In this document: in pieces, positions 51,201-60,753 of the stretch | Layout: every line of letters starts with the position of its first letter | How positions within the stretch are numbered: the first letter of the stretch is position 1 | Origin: Azolla caroliniana | Taxonomy: Eukaryota > Plantae > Polypodiophyta | DNA: 64,000 bases | Direction of reading: 5' to 3' | Assembly: GCA_043228905.1 (NCBI GenBank) | Contig: JBHGNT010000002.1 | Location: 2,232,001-2,296,000, forward strand | Notes under the pieces: generated by a model | What the model saw: only the letters and a program-made list of their open reading frames with translations | What the model was told of the DNA's origin: nothing | Databases searched by the model: none | Program-made: the position numbers and the translations under genes

Positions 51201-52437
51201 ATCTGATCTTTTAGATCACCTTCGAGGGAAATACCTTGATGACAGTTATTTCTCAAAATACTGGACGAAAGCCGAATCTGGTTTAGATGCCGATACTAGC
51301 ACCCTACCCTCGAAGGCGACCTTTCACATTACAAACGGTTTGCTCTACCGTAGTGGAAAGGTCTGTGTTCCAGATTTACCAAATGTTAAACAGAAATTTT
51401 TTCATGAATGTCATGATGCACCATCTGCTGGTCATCCTGGAATACAACGCACACTCGTTCTCATCTCGTGTACTTTTTTCTGGCCTAAGATGCGTTCTGA
51501 CGTGCATAAATACGTAACTCAATGCTTACAATGTCAGATTAATAAGTCGGAACGACTTAAAGCTGCTGGTCTTTTACATCCCTTAGATATTCCCAACAAT
51601 AAATGGGAAAGTATCTCGATGGATTTTATTGTTAGTTTACCTCATACACAGAGGGGTCATGATGCCATATGGGTTGTCGTTGACAGGCTAACAAAATTAG
51701 CTAGATTTATTCCTACAAAAACCACGGTAACCGCTCAACAGTTGGCTTATCAATTTGTTGATGAGTTATTTCGTTTTTATGGATTACCGATGGATATTGT
51801 TAGTGATCGAGATTCCAAGTTTACTAGTGACTTTTGGACTCAGGTCTTTAAGAAACTAGAAACTACGTTGAGCATGAGTTCCGCAGATCATCCTCAGTCT
51901 GATGGACAAACTGAACGAGTTAATCAAATTATTGAGGACATGCTTCGAGCTTATGTAGCAAAAACCCCTTCTAAGTGGGAGCAATACCTTCCTATCTTAG
52001 AATTTGCCTATAATAGCTCTAAACATACATCCACTGGATATAGTCCTTTTATGTTGATGTATGGTTTTCAGCCACGTGCCCCAGTTGATGTCACGATTCA
52101 TCGTGATACATTAGACAGTACACGCAATTTTTTGCAAGACATGAACCAAATGTTGCATATTGCCAAAGAAAATGTCAAGACAGCTCAAGATCCTGCTCGA
52201 TTTTATGCTGATCAGGATAGACGTCCTCGTGCATTTACTATTGGTCAAAAAGTTTTTTTGCGTGTCCCGACTAATTCTACGTCATTATCTACGGGCAAGT
52301 GCGCTAAGTTAGCCCCACGATATTGTGGCCCATTTGAAATCCTTAAGCGAGTTGGGTCATCTGCTTATCACCTTGCCTTACCTCGTAACGTTGGTATTCA
52401 TCCTGTTTTTCACGTCAGTCGTCTAAAACCATTTTAG
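48280..52437 (+). CDS. K Gag-Pol polyprotein, 1385 aa
   Basis: CAYCKKRGHTKDTC; FDSSSSHNF (degenerate PR site); RT MPFGLTNAP and FLDD; RH; IN; CGPF; HPVFHVSRLK. Confidence 0.92.
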   Translation: MEQVLNAVGTISPNETSQPQSASRTQAEITIEQLLTTTLNQLAEMRQANMALEKKFQELTIESKKEGEPSFVVTPFKGDNKERTEEAISTWLGRWESHFELHPKPDAVKIGYVGRELGGRAAAWWRGLRTAKNLPTTWEGFVDVFKKQFLQPPSQTEQVQHLLTLSSKPFTSLEDYVHHARTQIQKSGLTGEKWFVACFLNGIPNGDYHWIVHDKDPTTFEEAVNIVLRYHRTSKKDHNKPEFAKTPNVKFIGKRKQSSDTLDCDSKKRNLFCAYCKKRGHTKDTCRRLERKSMNTPPQDKSTSHTGESFDIVEVHTNHLSLCECTFPSHLLGPNDLLRAVGYINGTQAHFLFDSSSSHNFLNDHFVQQMELHINASDHIYQVHMANGNVQYISGIVCQLPIQIDTYLEKLDFHVMKLQSADVILGYPWFFNKNPSLSIDWVNHSITFELNNCKHFIQCSKLPSHSLVSSKSLSEYSSSLIYSCVIDPAVQFYYFNIDATQLPHFEQRLLDSILEDFQDVFPTELPLTLPPKRNVDHQIELIPRAAPVSIPPYRLSRLEEDEIAKQLKEYLSMGHIRYSKSPWGAPVLLVKKEGSWRMCINYRRLNKMTIKNAYPLPRADDLIDRLHGARYFTKIDLRTGYHQIRITEDDIPKTAFRTRYGHYEFLVMPFGLTNAPATFQQAMNDVFRDQLGDFVVIFLDDILIYSRTLQDHVQHVRFVLRKLRDNSFYAKHSKCDFFQKSIVYLGHLITENGVEIEPSHIEKVKLWPIPRNIRELRSFLAFVGFLRKSIRNYSKLTTPLTDLLKGHPRKSVKPISWNEQLDKSFETLKEHVCQAPTLLLPDPSKPFSIETDDSDYAIGAVLYQGGHPIAFESKKLDAAQSRYSVQEKELFAVIHALKTWRHYLYGNKFMVTTNHQSLKYFCDQPDLVGRKGRWADLMQDFDFSIRYRKGSMNTVADALSRIKEVNMLSFTEIKSDLLDHLRGKYLDDSYFSKYWTKAESGLDADTSTLPSKATFHITNGLLYRSGKVCVPDLPNVKQKFFHECHDAPSAGHPGIQRTLVLISCTFFWPKMRSDVHKYVTQCLQCQINKSERLKAAGLLHPLDIPNNKWESISMDFIVSLPHTQRGHDAIWVVVDRLTKLARFIPTKTTVTAQQLAYQFVDELFRFYGLPMDIVSDRDSKFTSDFWTQVFKKLETTLSMSSADHPQSDGQTERVNQIIEDMLRAYVAKTPSKWEQYLPILEFAYNSSKHTSTGYSPFMLMYGFQPRAPVDVTIHRDTLDSTRNFLQDMNQMLHIAKENVKTAQDPARFYADQDRRPRAFTIGQKVFLRVPTNSTSLSTGKCAKLAPRYCGPFEILKRVGSSAYHLALPRNVGIHPVFHVSRLKPF

Positions 52438-52625
52438 GCTCTGGTGATAACACCATCACAATCCAAGATCTTGTAACATTAGAGGATTTTTCTTACAAAC
52501 CTCATGTTCCTGAACGAATTCTTGATTCTCCTACTAAACGTTTACGTTCTAAAGAGATTCGGCTATTCAAGATCAAATGGATGGATAAACCTATTGATGA
52601 TGCCACATGGGAACGCGAGCATTCG
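52435..52625 (+). pseudogene. K chromodomain, out of frame with the polyprotein
   Basis: HVPERILDSPTKRLRSKEIRLFKIKWMDKPIDDATWERE in the -1 frame. Confidence 0.8.
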
Positions 52626-54573
52626 CAAGGCACAATTTCCTCACTTTATATTGCAAGAGTGCAATCTTTTGAAGTAGGGGAGTATGTTATGTACACATAA
52701 CGTTGGTGAGGGTAGGTCACTAATATTTACATTAGTGAAGGGTATGTTCACTATTATTAAAAAGGGGACTAATGATTGGATAGAATGAATGATATGTGCA
52801 TGCACTATCATGATTTAGACAACCAATGAATAGAGAGCCTTTTAGAAAGGCACATCTATTCAAGGGGCCTAGGAAAAGGTATAAATATGAGGCTTAGCTA
52901 CCCTCATAGAGATCATCACGTCGGAAGGCTGCTGTCGTAGACACCGGTGGTGCGGGCTAGGCTTTCGTCTCGACGATCGTGTTTATCTCTTCCAAGGTAT
53001 TAGTCATCCTAATATCCGGCGGTATGGGACGTCGGTGGTAGGTTGGCTATGTCTAGATCATAGCTCGGGGGTGGTCGGGTGGAACGGGTTCTTCTATCCA
53101 ATCTATTTTCTTCCTTTTTACTTGATTTGGTCTATTGATTAGTAATAGACTCTTAACAGAGACCCTGTTTGGACCGAAACCGACTGGTGCCGGCAACCCA
53201 AGCGTGCCGGATGGGAAAAAGCAGGTGGGGTTTTGGTTGAGCAACGGACCTACGGAAGGTCCTTGAAGAGCGAAAGCTCGACAGTAAACTGGAGTTGTCG
53301 TTGCCGGAGGTGCTGGGAATCGCCAAGAGGGAGTTCCACGACTCCATCGTAGACTTGGTGAAACGGAAGAGGCTCTCGACGGAGCCGGAACCAGCCTTTC
53401 CTGCCTATTTGTCTTCCACCAGAACCTCGTAGTTCTAGCAAGCGGCTTCTACGAAGCCCGTTTTCTCTTCAACCAGATCGTCCCATCCGGTGACCTCCTG
53501 GACCCGCTGTTCCATGCGGTCTGCCTCTTCCTTCTTCAGCCGAACTCCGGAGAGACCTTCTAGCACTAGCGGCCAGAATCCAGAGTCCTTCGTCTTCCGG
53601 GTCTCATCACCCCTAACCTGAATTCCCGCCGACACTGAGTAGCTAACGGCTTCTACATGCCATGCCGCGGCCTCTTCCATCAACTTCTTCATTCCGCCGC
53701 GCCCCGTATTCAGTTCTAGGGCTCTCCGGGTCTCCCTCGCGTGCACCTGCCCATTCCAGAGGTACACCACGTTGGTCCTGAGTGTGTCAGTGAAATCTGC
53801 GCAATCCTTCCAAATGTGACCGATCACATCACACCACATGCACCACTGCCCAACCGGCGGCCTCCGGTCGCGAGGTTGTTCGCCGCTATCTCTCCGGGCC
53901 TGTGCAATCTGCAGGTCGCGCACCATCTGTGTCAGCTCCTCCAGAGACGCTCCTCTGGATGGGCCTTTGACCACGTCGTTTGATGCCGAACCCGACTCCT
54001 GCCAAATTCGGGTCTCTTCCTTCCTACCGACTAGCACCGATACCGGCTCCTCGAGCCTCCTCGCCGGGACCGGTCCTAACTCCGACGAGCTTTCGTCGCT
54101 CCACTCGCGCCGTTTGTCGAAACGGCTGCAGACCCGTTTTACCACGGCCCAATCTGCCGTGAGCCCTTCATCCGTCTCCAATAGGGGACCCACCCTTTCC
54201 CTATCGAGCGCGTTCACCGACTTGACAAACAACAATACTCGACTCGTTTCGAGCACGATCCGGTGTCACGTTGTTACGCGCGTGCGTGGAGAAAGGCGGG
54301 ACCACGGGGGTCTTGGACTAGGGAGTGATGGAGCGTAGGAAGACGTGCTTCACCGTTTCCGGGGCATCTCAGAAGCACACCGGAAGCAACTGAAGGGAGA
54401 GAGAGAGAGAGGGAGAGAGAGAGAGAGAGAGCGCACGTTTAACACCGACTCACGCACACACACTCACACACACACACAGGCCAACCCGACTCACACCCTT
54501 AAGTACAGGAAATGCAGGAAAGGGGAAGCACCCGACACCAACGAAGACGCGAATATACACAGACAGACGCAAC

Positions 54574-54608
<35 letters not shown>

Positions 54609-55906
54609 TTAAGAATACATTCCCGGATTCAAGCCGGACCAAGGTAGGTTACAATAGTCGTCAGCTGCCAAGCCGTCGGTCGGGGAGCTCACGGGCTCGT
54701 CGCGCCGAGCGGGGTCTTGCACAAGAGAGGAGCTGAAGCAAACCCTAAGCGAACATGAAGAAGAAGAAGAAGAAGAAACCCTAAATCTAACGGTATAGCC
54801 TCTAATGCAAAATGGCCCGCATTGCCGAGTCCCGTTCTCCTGTCGCCACCGATCTCTCTTATAGGACTCACGCCGGCACTCGGGCCGGCAGCCGGATTGG
54901 TGTAAGGAACTCCATAGGACCCGCTTTCATTCTCGTTCCAACCCTCGACCTTCACCCGGTCGGTCTTTCTCCCCATGTAAAAGAGGGCGGCTCGTCCCGC
55001 ACCCTCTCCTGTATCGGCACCTTTATGCCGAATCTGGCCCCGATCGAATGATCCACGACCGGATCACGCTCCACCCGTATCGGAATGCCGATCTCCTCAT
55101 GTCGTGTTTGTCCTCGGCCTCCTCACAGGCCGTTTCCCATCCATCTTCGCTGGCATTGTGCCAGGACTCCTCGGTACCGCCATCCATCTCCTCGGTCTTA
55201 CATGGGCATACGGGCCCGAATGCCGAGTTCTCCGGAATCGGGTCCGTGGGCTTTCGTCCGTTCCTTCCCCGTATCGTCTCGCCGGTGATTCTTCGCCTTT
55301 CGCCGCCGCCTTCCTCCGCTTGGGACTCACGTGGGCACTCGGGCCCGACTGCCATCGTCTCGGGAGCAAGTGTGGGAAGACACAAAGAATCGCCCGTCCG
55401 TTTTACGCCCTTGTCCGTAGCCACCGACTCTTCGTGGTCGGCGGTCGTCTTCTTACCGATCGCGCAAGCCCCGTCTGGGCTTGCTTCTCCAATGACCGGG
55501 ATCTCGGGCTGCCACGCCCGAAACCGCTGGTCCCAACGATCCAGTTCCGCGATCTGTATCTCGGCCTCGTCCTTGGCCGTTCTATCTCCGCAAGTCGAGA
55601 GGGCGTTTCGTTCTGCACCCTTTCCCGTGGTACCGTCGTACCGATCTTCCGCCGTCGCGTGGGGCAAGTCTGTCTCCTCGGTCTCAGGTTGCGGCCTCCG
55701 TCTTTCCTCTTCCTCGAGCATCGCCTCGAGAGCTGCGTACGCCTCCACAATCCTGGCCCCAACGCCAACCCTTGCCGACTCTCTTTGCCGTTCGGCCTCT
55801 TCCCGCTGTGATGGCACGCCGTCGCGCCCCTTCCTCTTAGCCTTCTCGGCTCGCTCATCATCTAGCCGTTGGCACACCCTTCCGACCTTCGACCAGTCCT
55901 CCATAA

Positions 55907-56642
55907 TGACGGGAACCCAACGCTCCTTATGCACTAAGCTCGGCCACAACTGAGATTCTTTTCATATACAGAAAACGGGAAACAAATGCACAACACAAAG
56001 GAGAGGAAGATACACAGGAGGTTTACGTGGAAAACCCAAAGAGGGAAAAACCACGGCAGCCCACAGGCTGCAAACTGTCACTATGTGAGAATGTACAACA
56101 GTGAGTTCATTGAGGCAACGACCTCGTGCTCACAGATCTTCGCCACAGGCGGCGGTTACAACAGAGGCAACGACCTCTTTCTCTCTCTCTCTCTCTGTAC
56201 ACTATTATGTGCTCTCTCTTCTTCTTGCACCAACAAGAAAAATGACAACTACAACAATTACTAAAAGTTTGCCCTAAGTCATATTTATACTAATATGACT
56301 TTTCGGCTATTTACAAATGTAGTCTCGATGGGCTCTCAGAAACATATTTACGACTATGTCTCTTCATCCGGTTCTCACCGGGTCTATACCATCCGGCTCT
56401 CCGTAGCCGGGTATTCCTCATCCGGTCTTCACCGGGTCTGTATCATTCGGCTCTCCGTAGCCGGGTACTCCTCATCCGGTTCATACCGGGCCTGCACCAT
56501 CCGGCTCTCCGTAGCCGAGTACTCCTCATCCGGTTCATACCGGGTCTGCACCATCCGGCTCTCCGTAGTCGGGTCCTCCTCATACAGTTTCCTGAGGGAC
56601 TGTTCTTCTTCCTTCCCATTCGGAGGGACCTGTTTCCCAACA
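55907..56642 (-). mobile_element. Copia solo LTR (A2-related), 736 bp
   Basis: TG...CA ends; TSD CATAA/CGTAA; similar to the reverse complement of 1354-2033. Confidence 0.88.
56364..56583. repeat. 54-bp tandem repeat, about 4 copies, in U3 of the solo LTR
   Basis: Unit resembles catccggctctccgtagccgggtactcctcatccggttcataccgggtctgcac. Confidence 0.9.
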
Positions 56643-57258
56643 CGTAAGCCCATTCGCTCCATCATTGTCTTCGAGCTCAATCCTGATGGTCTCCCGTTCC
56701 GCTCGGTCGATCGACCTGACGAACAATAGGACCTTGTCCGCCCCCACCAAACCTTGTTCCCGCTCTGGGAGCCGAGCAAGCCTTCGCTCGAACTCTCGGA
56801 ACGCCTTGGTCGCGCCCCGATGGGTCTTTGCCGATGCTACCCACTGGTCGAAGTCGTGTCGTCCCCGATTTTTCCGCCGTCCTCCGAATACCTTCAGGAG
56901 CGCCTCTTCGAAGGCCTCCCATGAACTATGAGCCTCACGGAGCTCCTTTATTTCCGCATGCATCCGGACAGCCACGACCCGACAGAAGAACTCCAGCCTC
57001 AACGCCTCGTCTACGCCACGCTCCTCCATTTCGGCGTTGTAGGCTTCCAAGTAAGATGGGACTCTTTCAACCACTCGCTCAACCGCTTGTTGCGTTGCTT
57101 CTCGCCTCATCACCACTCGTGCCGACTCCAACACCACTTCAGCCACCATCTCCGCAAGGTCGTCGTCTTCCAACTCCATCCTCCCTTGCCGCCTTTCACG
57201 TCGGGTTCACCAAATATGTCGCGTTGTTACGCGCGTGCGTGGAGAAAGGCGGGACCAC

Positions 57259-57284
57259 CCCTAAACCCTAAACCCTAAACCCTA
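57259..57284 (-). repeat. Interstitial Arabidopsis-type telomere repeat, (CCCTAAA)3 CCCTA
   Basis: Perfect heptamers; absent from the sister LTR at 54301-54320. Confidence 0.92.
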
Positions 57285-57302
57285 ATCCCATCGTGGTCGC
57301 CA
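57285..57302 (-). promoter_or_regulatory. PBS, probably tRNA-Arg(TCG)
   Basis: TGGCGACCACGATGGGAT; resembles the complement of the plant tRNA-Arg(TCG) 3' end (recalled, needs checking). Confidence 0.8.
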
Positions 57303-57307
57303 AAAAC

Positions 57308-57743
57308 TGTGTTAACTCTTCGGGCTGGACAATGGCCTAACACAGGGTGTCTACGGGAGACACTTCACCAAAGGGTGTTACGGCAACCAGATTTGACTTC
57401 AACGCTTAATCCGACTTAATTAAGTTACTTATTAGGATCGTCTTTCATAACACGCGTAAGATATAACAATTAAGACAGAACGACAATTAACACAGAGAGA
57501 TAACAACGCTTAAGCTTTCATTAATTAACCACTAACTATTACATTGTATCCGGGCCTTTAAATAGGTTTCCGGTCTGTATTACAAAACGGTGCCATCCGC
57601 ACCTGTTCGGGATCGGTCCGGATCCGGCACGGCATACCGTTTCCGGTCCGTCCGTCCACACTCATAGCTTAATTACAACCACATTCCTACTACTTAATTA
57701 ACTCTCCGTTTCCCACTCTGGACTCCTTTGTCGGCCGGTAACA
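57308..57743 (-). mobile_element. Single LTR (about 436 bp) of an Arg-primed Gypsy (Tat/Ogre-type PBS)
   Basis: Minus strand reads TGTTACC...TTAACACA then GTTTT then the PBS; TATA-like cctatttaaagg near 57555-57566. Confidence 0.8.
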
Positions 57744-58626
57744 TAGGGAGTGATGGAGCGTAGGAAGACGTTGTCGTGAAGAAAACCGTCCGTAGGCGGA
57801 ATCGGCGCACCAAGGCGTGGGAACCGGTTCTTCACACGCGCACGCTCCAAGTTGTACATAGAAGCGAATTAGGAGGATAATCGGCAGGAACGGGCCCTAA
57901 CCCAAGTGGAGACGAAGACCGCGCGAACAGTCTTTTCGGTCGCGCGCGCGAACTGTACGAGTCGGCGGCGTAACTACGCGGATGCGTGAAAAACGGAGCG
58001 GATCCCTGTCCAAAAGGGACAGGGAATAAAGCTGACAGGACGGCCTGCTCGTCGGGCTATATAAGGAGCAGGAAAGAGCTGTTGCAGGGATCTCCGGAGG
58101 AGAGGACGAAGTGCTGCCGAACCGATTTCGGAGCCTCTCTCTCACTCCTGCTCTCTCTGTCTTCTGCTCCATCGCGTACCTGTGCAGTTTTCGAGGAGGC
58201 TTGCGCTGTTCCGTGGAACGCCCGAGTGCGTCCTGCAGCACCTCCGACCTGTCTTCCCTTTCTGTGCGTCGCGACATACAGGGGTCGGCAGCTGTTCGCC
58301 GCCCTGTTCGTTTTCGTTAGTATCTATTTTGTGCCCCACTGTGGGTTGTAACGCTTCAGCTTGTTATTTCTTGCATTCATAAGTACATATCTCTCGTTGT
58401 TGCGTCCATCTGTGTCGGCGTTTATTTGTGATCTCTGTTTGTTGGGCCGTGTCCCTGTGCGATTGTCGGTTCTGCGCAATCGGATCCTCGGTTCTGTGTA
58501 ACCGGGTCTCTCTCTTGCTCTTCGGTTCGAGACCCCCGTGGTCCCTCCTCCTTTCTACACGCAAGGGCGTAGCAACCCCGACATCTTGGTGAACCCGACG
58601 TGAAAGAGGCGGCAGAAGAGTAGGAA

Positions 58627-60753
58627 ATGAAGGGGGCGGATCTTGCAGAGGCCATGGCTTCGGCCGTGGATCGGATAGTAAGCGCGCGCGAGGGCACCGG
58701 CGCCCTCGATAGAGCTATCGAGGCGGTCGTCGGAACGATCGGTCGATTCACCGGAAAAGATGCCACGAAGTACCTGGCGTCCTACGGTGCGGAAATGTTA
58801 ATGCGGGACATTCCGGAAGACAGGCGTCTTGCCGGTTTTCCCCGAGTGGCGATGCCGAGCATCCACGCGGAGGTGCTCGAGGTGCGGACGGAGAGCTGTA
58901 CCTGGGAGGAGTTCGAAGGTCGGCTCCTAGAGAAATACGGGCTGGACGACGCGCTCCGGCTTTCGAAGCGAAGGTTCATGGAATGGGTGGAGTCCCCGGG
59001 GAAGGGAAGAAACGCGTCGGCGCTCCTCCGGGAGTTCGAGGAAAACTTTGCGCGCCTTTCGGCGCTCGACCGAACCATCCTGGACACGAGCCGGGTCTTG
59101 CTGTTTGTCAAGTCGGTCGACGAGCGGGATCGGGAGCAAGTGGGCCTCTTGCTGGAGACCGAAGACGGGCTCACTACCGACTGGGCGGCTGTCAGGAAGG
59201 TCTGTGGCCGTTTCGACAAACGGCGAGAATGGGCGGACAACGGGGCGACCGGGTCGGGCTCGGTCGCAGCAAGGAAGCTCGAACCAGCGCCACAGGTGCG
59301 CAAGGAAGAGACCCGGGAGTGGTTGGAAACCGGTTCGGCTTCGACCGGCGTAGTCAGAGGCTCAACCGGAGGAGCGGCGCTGGAGGAATTGACGAAGGCG
59401 ATAAAGGACCTCCAAATCGCGCAGGCCCGAAGGGAAGGAGGCGAACCGGCTCGTGACCGACGGCCGGCGGCAGGAAACAGGTGCATGTGGTGCGATGAAG
59501 TCGGCCACATTCGGAAGGACTGCGGCGACTTCGCGGAGGCACTGAGGAACAGGGTGGTATACCTGTGGGAAGGACGGGTGCATGCCAGCGACACCCGAAG
59601 GGCCCTGAGCCGAAACGACGGGCGAGGTGGTATGAAAAGGGTAATGGAAGAGGCGGCGGCCCGACATGCGGAAACCGTCCACTACTCGGCGTCGGCCGGT
59701 ATTCGAGTCGGGGGTGACGAGGCCCGAAAGGAAAGCAAAGCCGGATTCTGGCCGACGATGCTGGAAGGCCTTGCCGGTGCAGGGCTTAAAAGGGAGGAAT
59801 CGGACCGTGCGGAGAGACGGGTACGGGAGATAACCGGGTGGAGCGACCCGGTCGAGGAAAAGACGGGCTTCGTGGAAGCCGCTTGCCGGAACTACGAGGC
59901 TCTGGTAAAAGAGAAGCGGGTGGGGAAACCCGGGACGACCGGGCCCTCACAGCGATACGAGACCCGGTCCGGGCCACGACGGGACGAAGCCGGCGGGGCC
60001 GGTACGCAAGATAAACCCCAGAAGGGCGGATACCGTCTGGGGACGGAGATAGAAAGAACCACGGACTTGCGAAAGGTCCTGGAGGAACGGATCCTCGACA
60101 GCAAGGTGGAGCTGTCGCTACGGGAGGTGCTGGGAATCGCCAAGAAGGAGTTCCACGACTCCATCGTGGACTTGGTGAAACGGAAGAGGCTGTCAACGGA
60201 GACAGAACCGGAAAGACCGGTGGAAGTGCGAACGACGCACCTGGACGACATGGCGCTGGAAGACGAGTGGGCGGAGAGCCACTATTCGCGGCCACACTGG
60301 GCCCGAGCGACCACGGAAACCCCGGTAAAGATCGGCGATGTCCAGGAACCGGTAGTAGCTTTGGTGGACCACGGATCGGAAATCAACCTGATGTCCATGG
60401 ACTTCTATAAGAAGGGCAAATGGCCGATCAACACCAAGCACGGGTGGAAGATAAGGGCGGCGACGCGCGCCACCGAGGAGCTTCACGGGGCCTGCCCGAA
60501 TGTACGGGTCAAGATCGGCGATGTCGAGATAGACCAGCACTTCTTCGTGCAGGAGTCATCATCGCACCCCGTCATACTGGGAGAGCCGTACATCACGGCG
60601 GCTCGAATGGAGACCAAGGTGCTGGACAACGGTTCGGCCTATGCGCGGGTCAAGAGCCAGGACGGGCGCCATTCGGTCCAGTTTTTGACGGTTAGGCCGA
60701 ACCACGAGCGTAACCGCGACTCCCTCGGTTCCGATAGCCGAGAGGATTTTTAG
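58627..60753 (+). CDS. gag: M Gag-protease, 708 aa, intact
   Basis: CCHC knuckle; DHGSEIN; ends EDF-TAG. Confidence 0.93.
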   Translation: MKGADLAEAMASAVDRIVSAREGTGALDRAIEAVVGTIGRFTGKDATKYLASYGAEMLMRDIPEDRRLAGFPRVAMPSIHAEVLEVRTESCTWEEFEGRLLEKYGLDDALRLSKRRFMEWVESPGKGRNASALLREFEENFARLSALDRTILDTSRVLLFVKSVDERDREQVGLLLETEDGLTTDWAAVRKVCGRFDKRREWADNGATGSGSVAARKLEPAPQVRKEETREWLETGSASTGVVRGSTGGAALEELTKAIKDLQIAQARREGGEPARDRRPAAGNRCMWCDEVGHIRKDCGDFAEALRNRVVYLWEGRVHASDTRRALSRNDGRGGMKRVMEEAAARHAETVHYSASAGIRVGGDEARKESKAGFWPTMLEGLAGAGLKREESDRAERRVREITGWSDPVEEKTGFVEAACRNYEALVKEKRVGKPGTTGPSQRYETRSGPRRDEAGGAGTQDKPQKGGYRLGTEIERTTDLRKVLEERILDSKVELSLREVLGIAKKEFHDSIVDLVKRKRLSTETEPERPVEVRTTHLDDMALEDEWAESHYSRPHWARATTETPVKIGDVQEPVVALVDHGSEINLMSMDFYKKGKWPINTKHGWKIRAATRATEELHGACPNVRVKIGDVEIDQHFFVQESSSHPVILGEPYITAARMETKVLDNGSAYARVKSQDGRHSVQFLTVRPNHERNRDSLGSDSREDF

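Larger units (their letters stand above)
46052..53158 (+). mobile_element. Chromovirus Ty3/Gypsy K, full length
   Basis: 474-bp LTRs 46052-46525 and 52685-53158; TSD GAGAC; iMet PBS 46527-46538; PPT 52671-52684; chromodomain after IN. Confidence 0.96.
45248..54263 (-). mobile_element. Older Trp-family Gypsy J (host of E, K and L), rearranged
   Basis: pol start at 45248-45923 continues at about 15320-15347; gag at 53393-54263; inverted gag piece at about 46037-46051 and 53159-53392. Confidence 0.8.
55023..57179 (-). pseudogene. L gag-like ORF, 471 aa once the solo LTR is removed
   Basis: ORFs 56580-57179 and 55023-55949 join in frame (DGANGLT-EDWSKV); N-terminal half is homologous to family gag. 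Confidence 0.75.
54264..57771 (-). mobile_element. Trp-primed, pol-less element L (5' LTR interrupted; remainder beyond M)
   Basis: LTR start at 54264 is repeated at 57217; PBS 57195-57212; left flank CCGG; one gag-like ORF; inner end of the 3' LTR uncertain (about 55069). Confidence 0.75.

Noticed and set aside
54740-54786. AAACCCTAA motifs as telomere additions
   Set aside because: Isolated telo-box-like words common near plant promoters and LTRs; not tandem and not at a junction.
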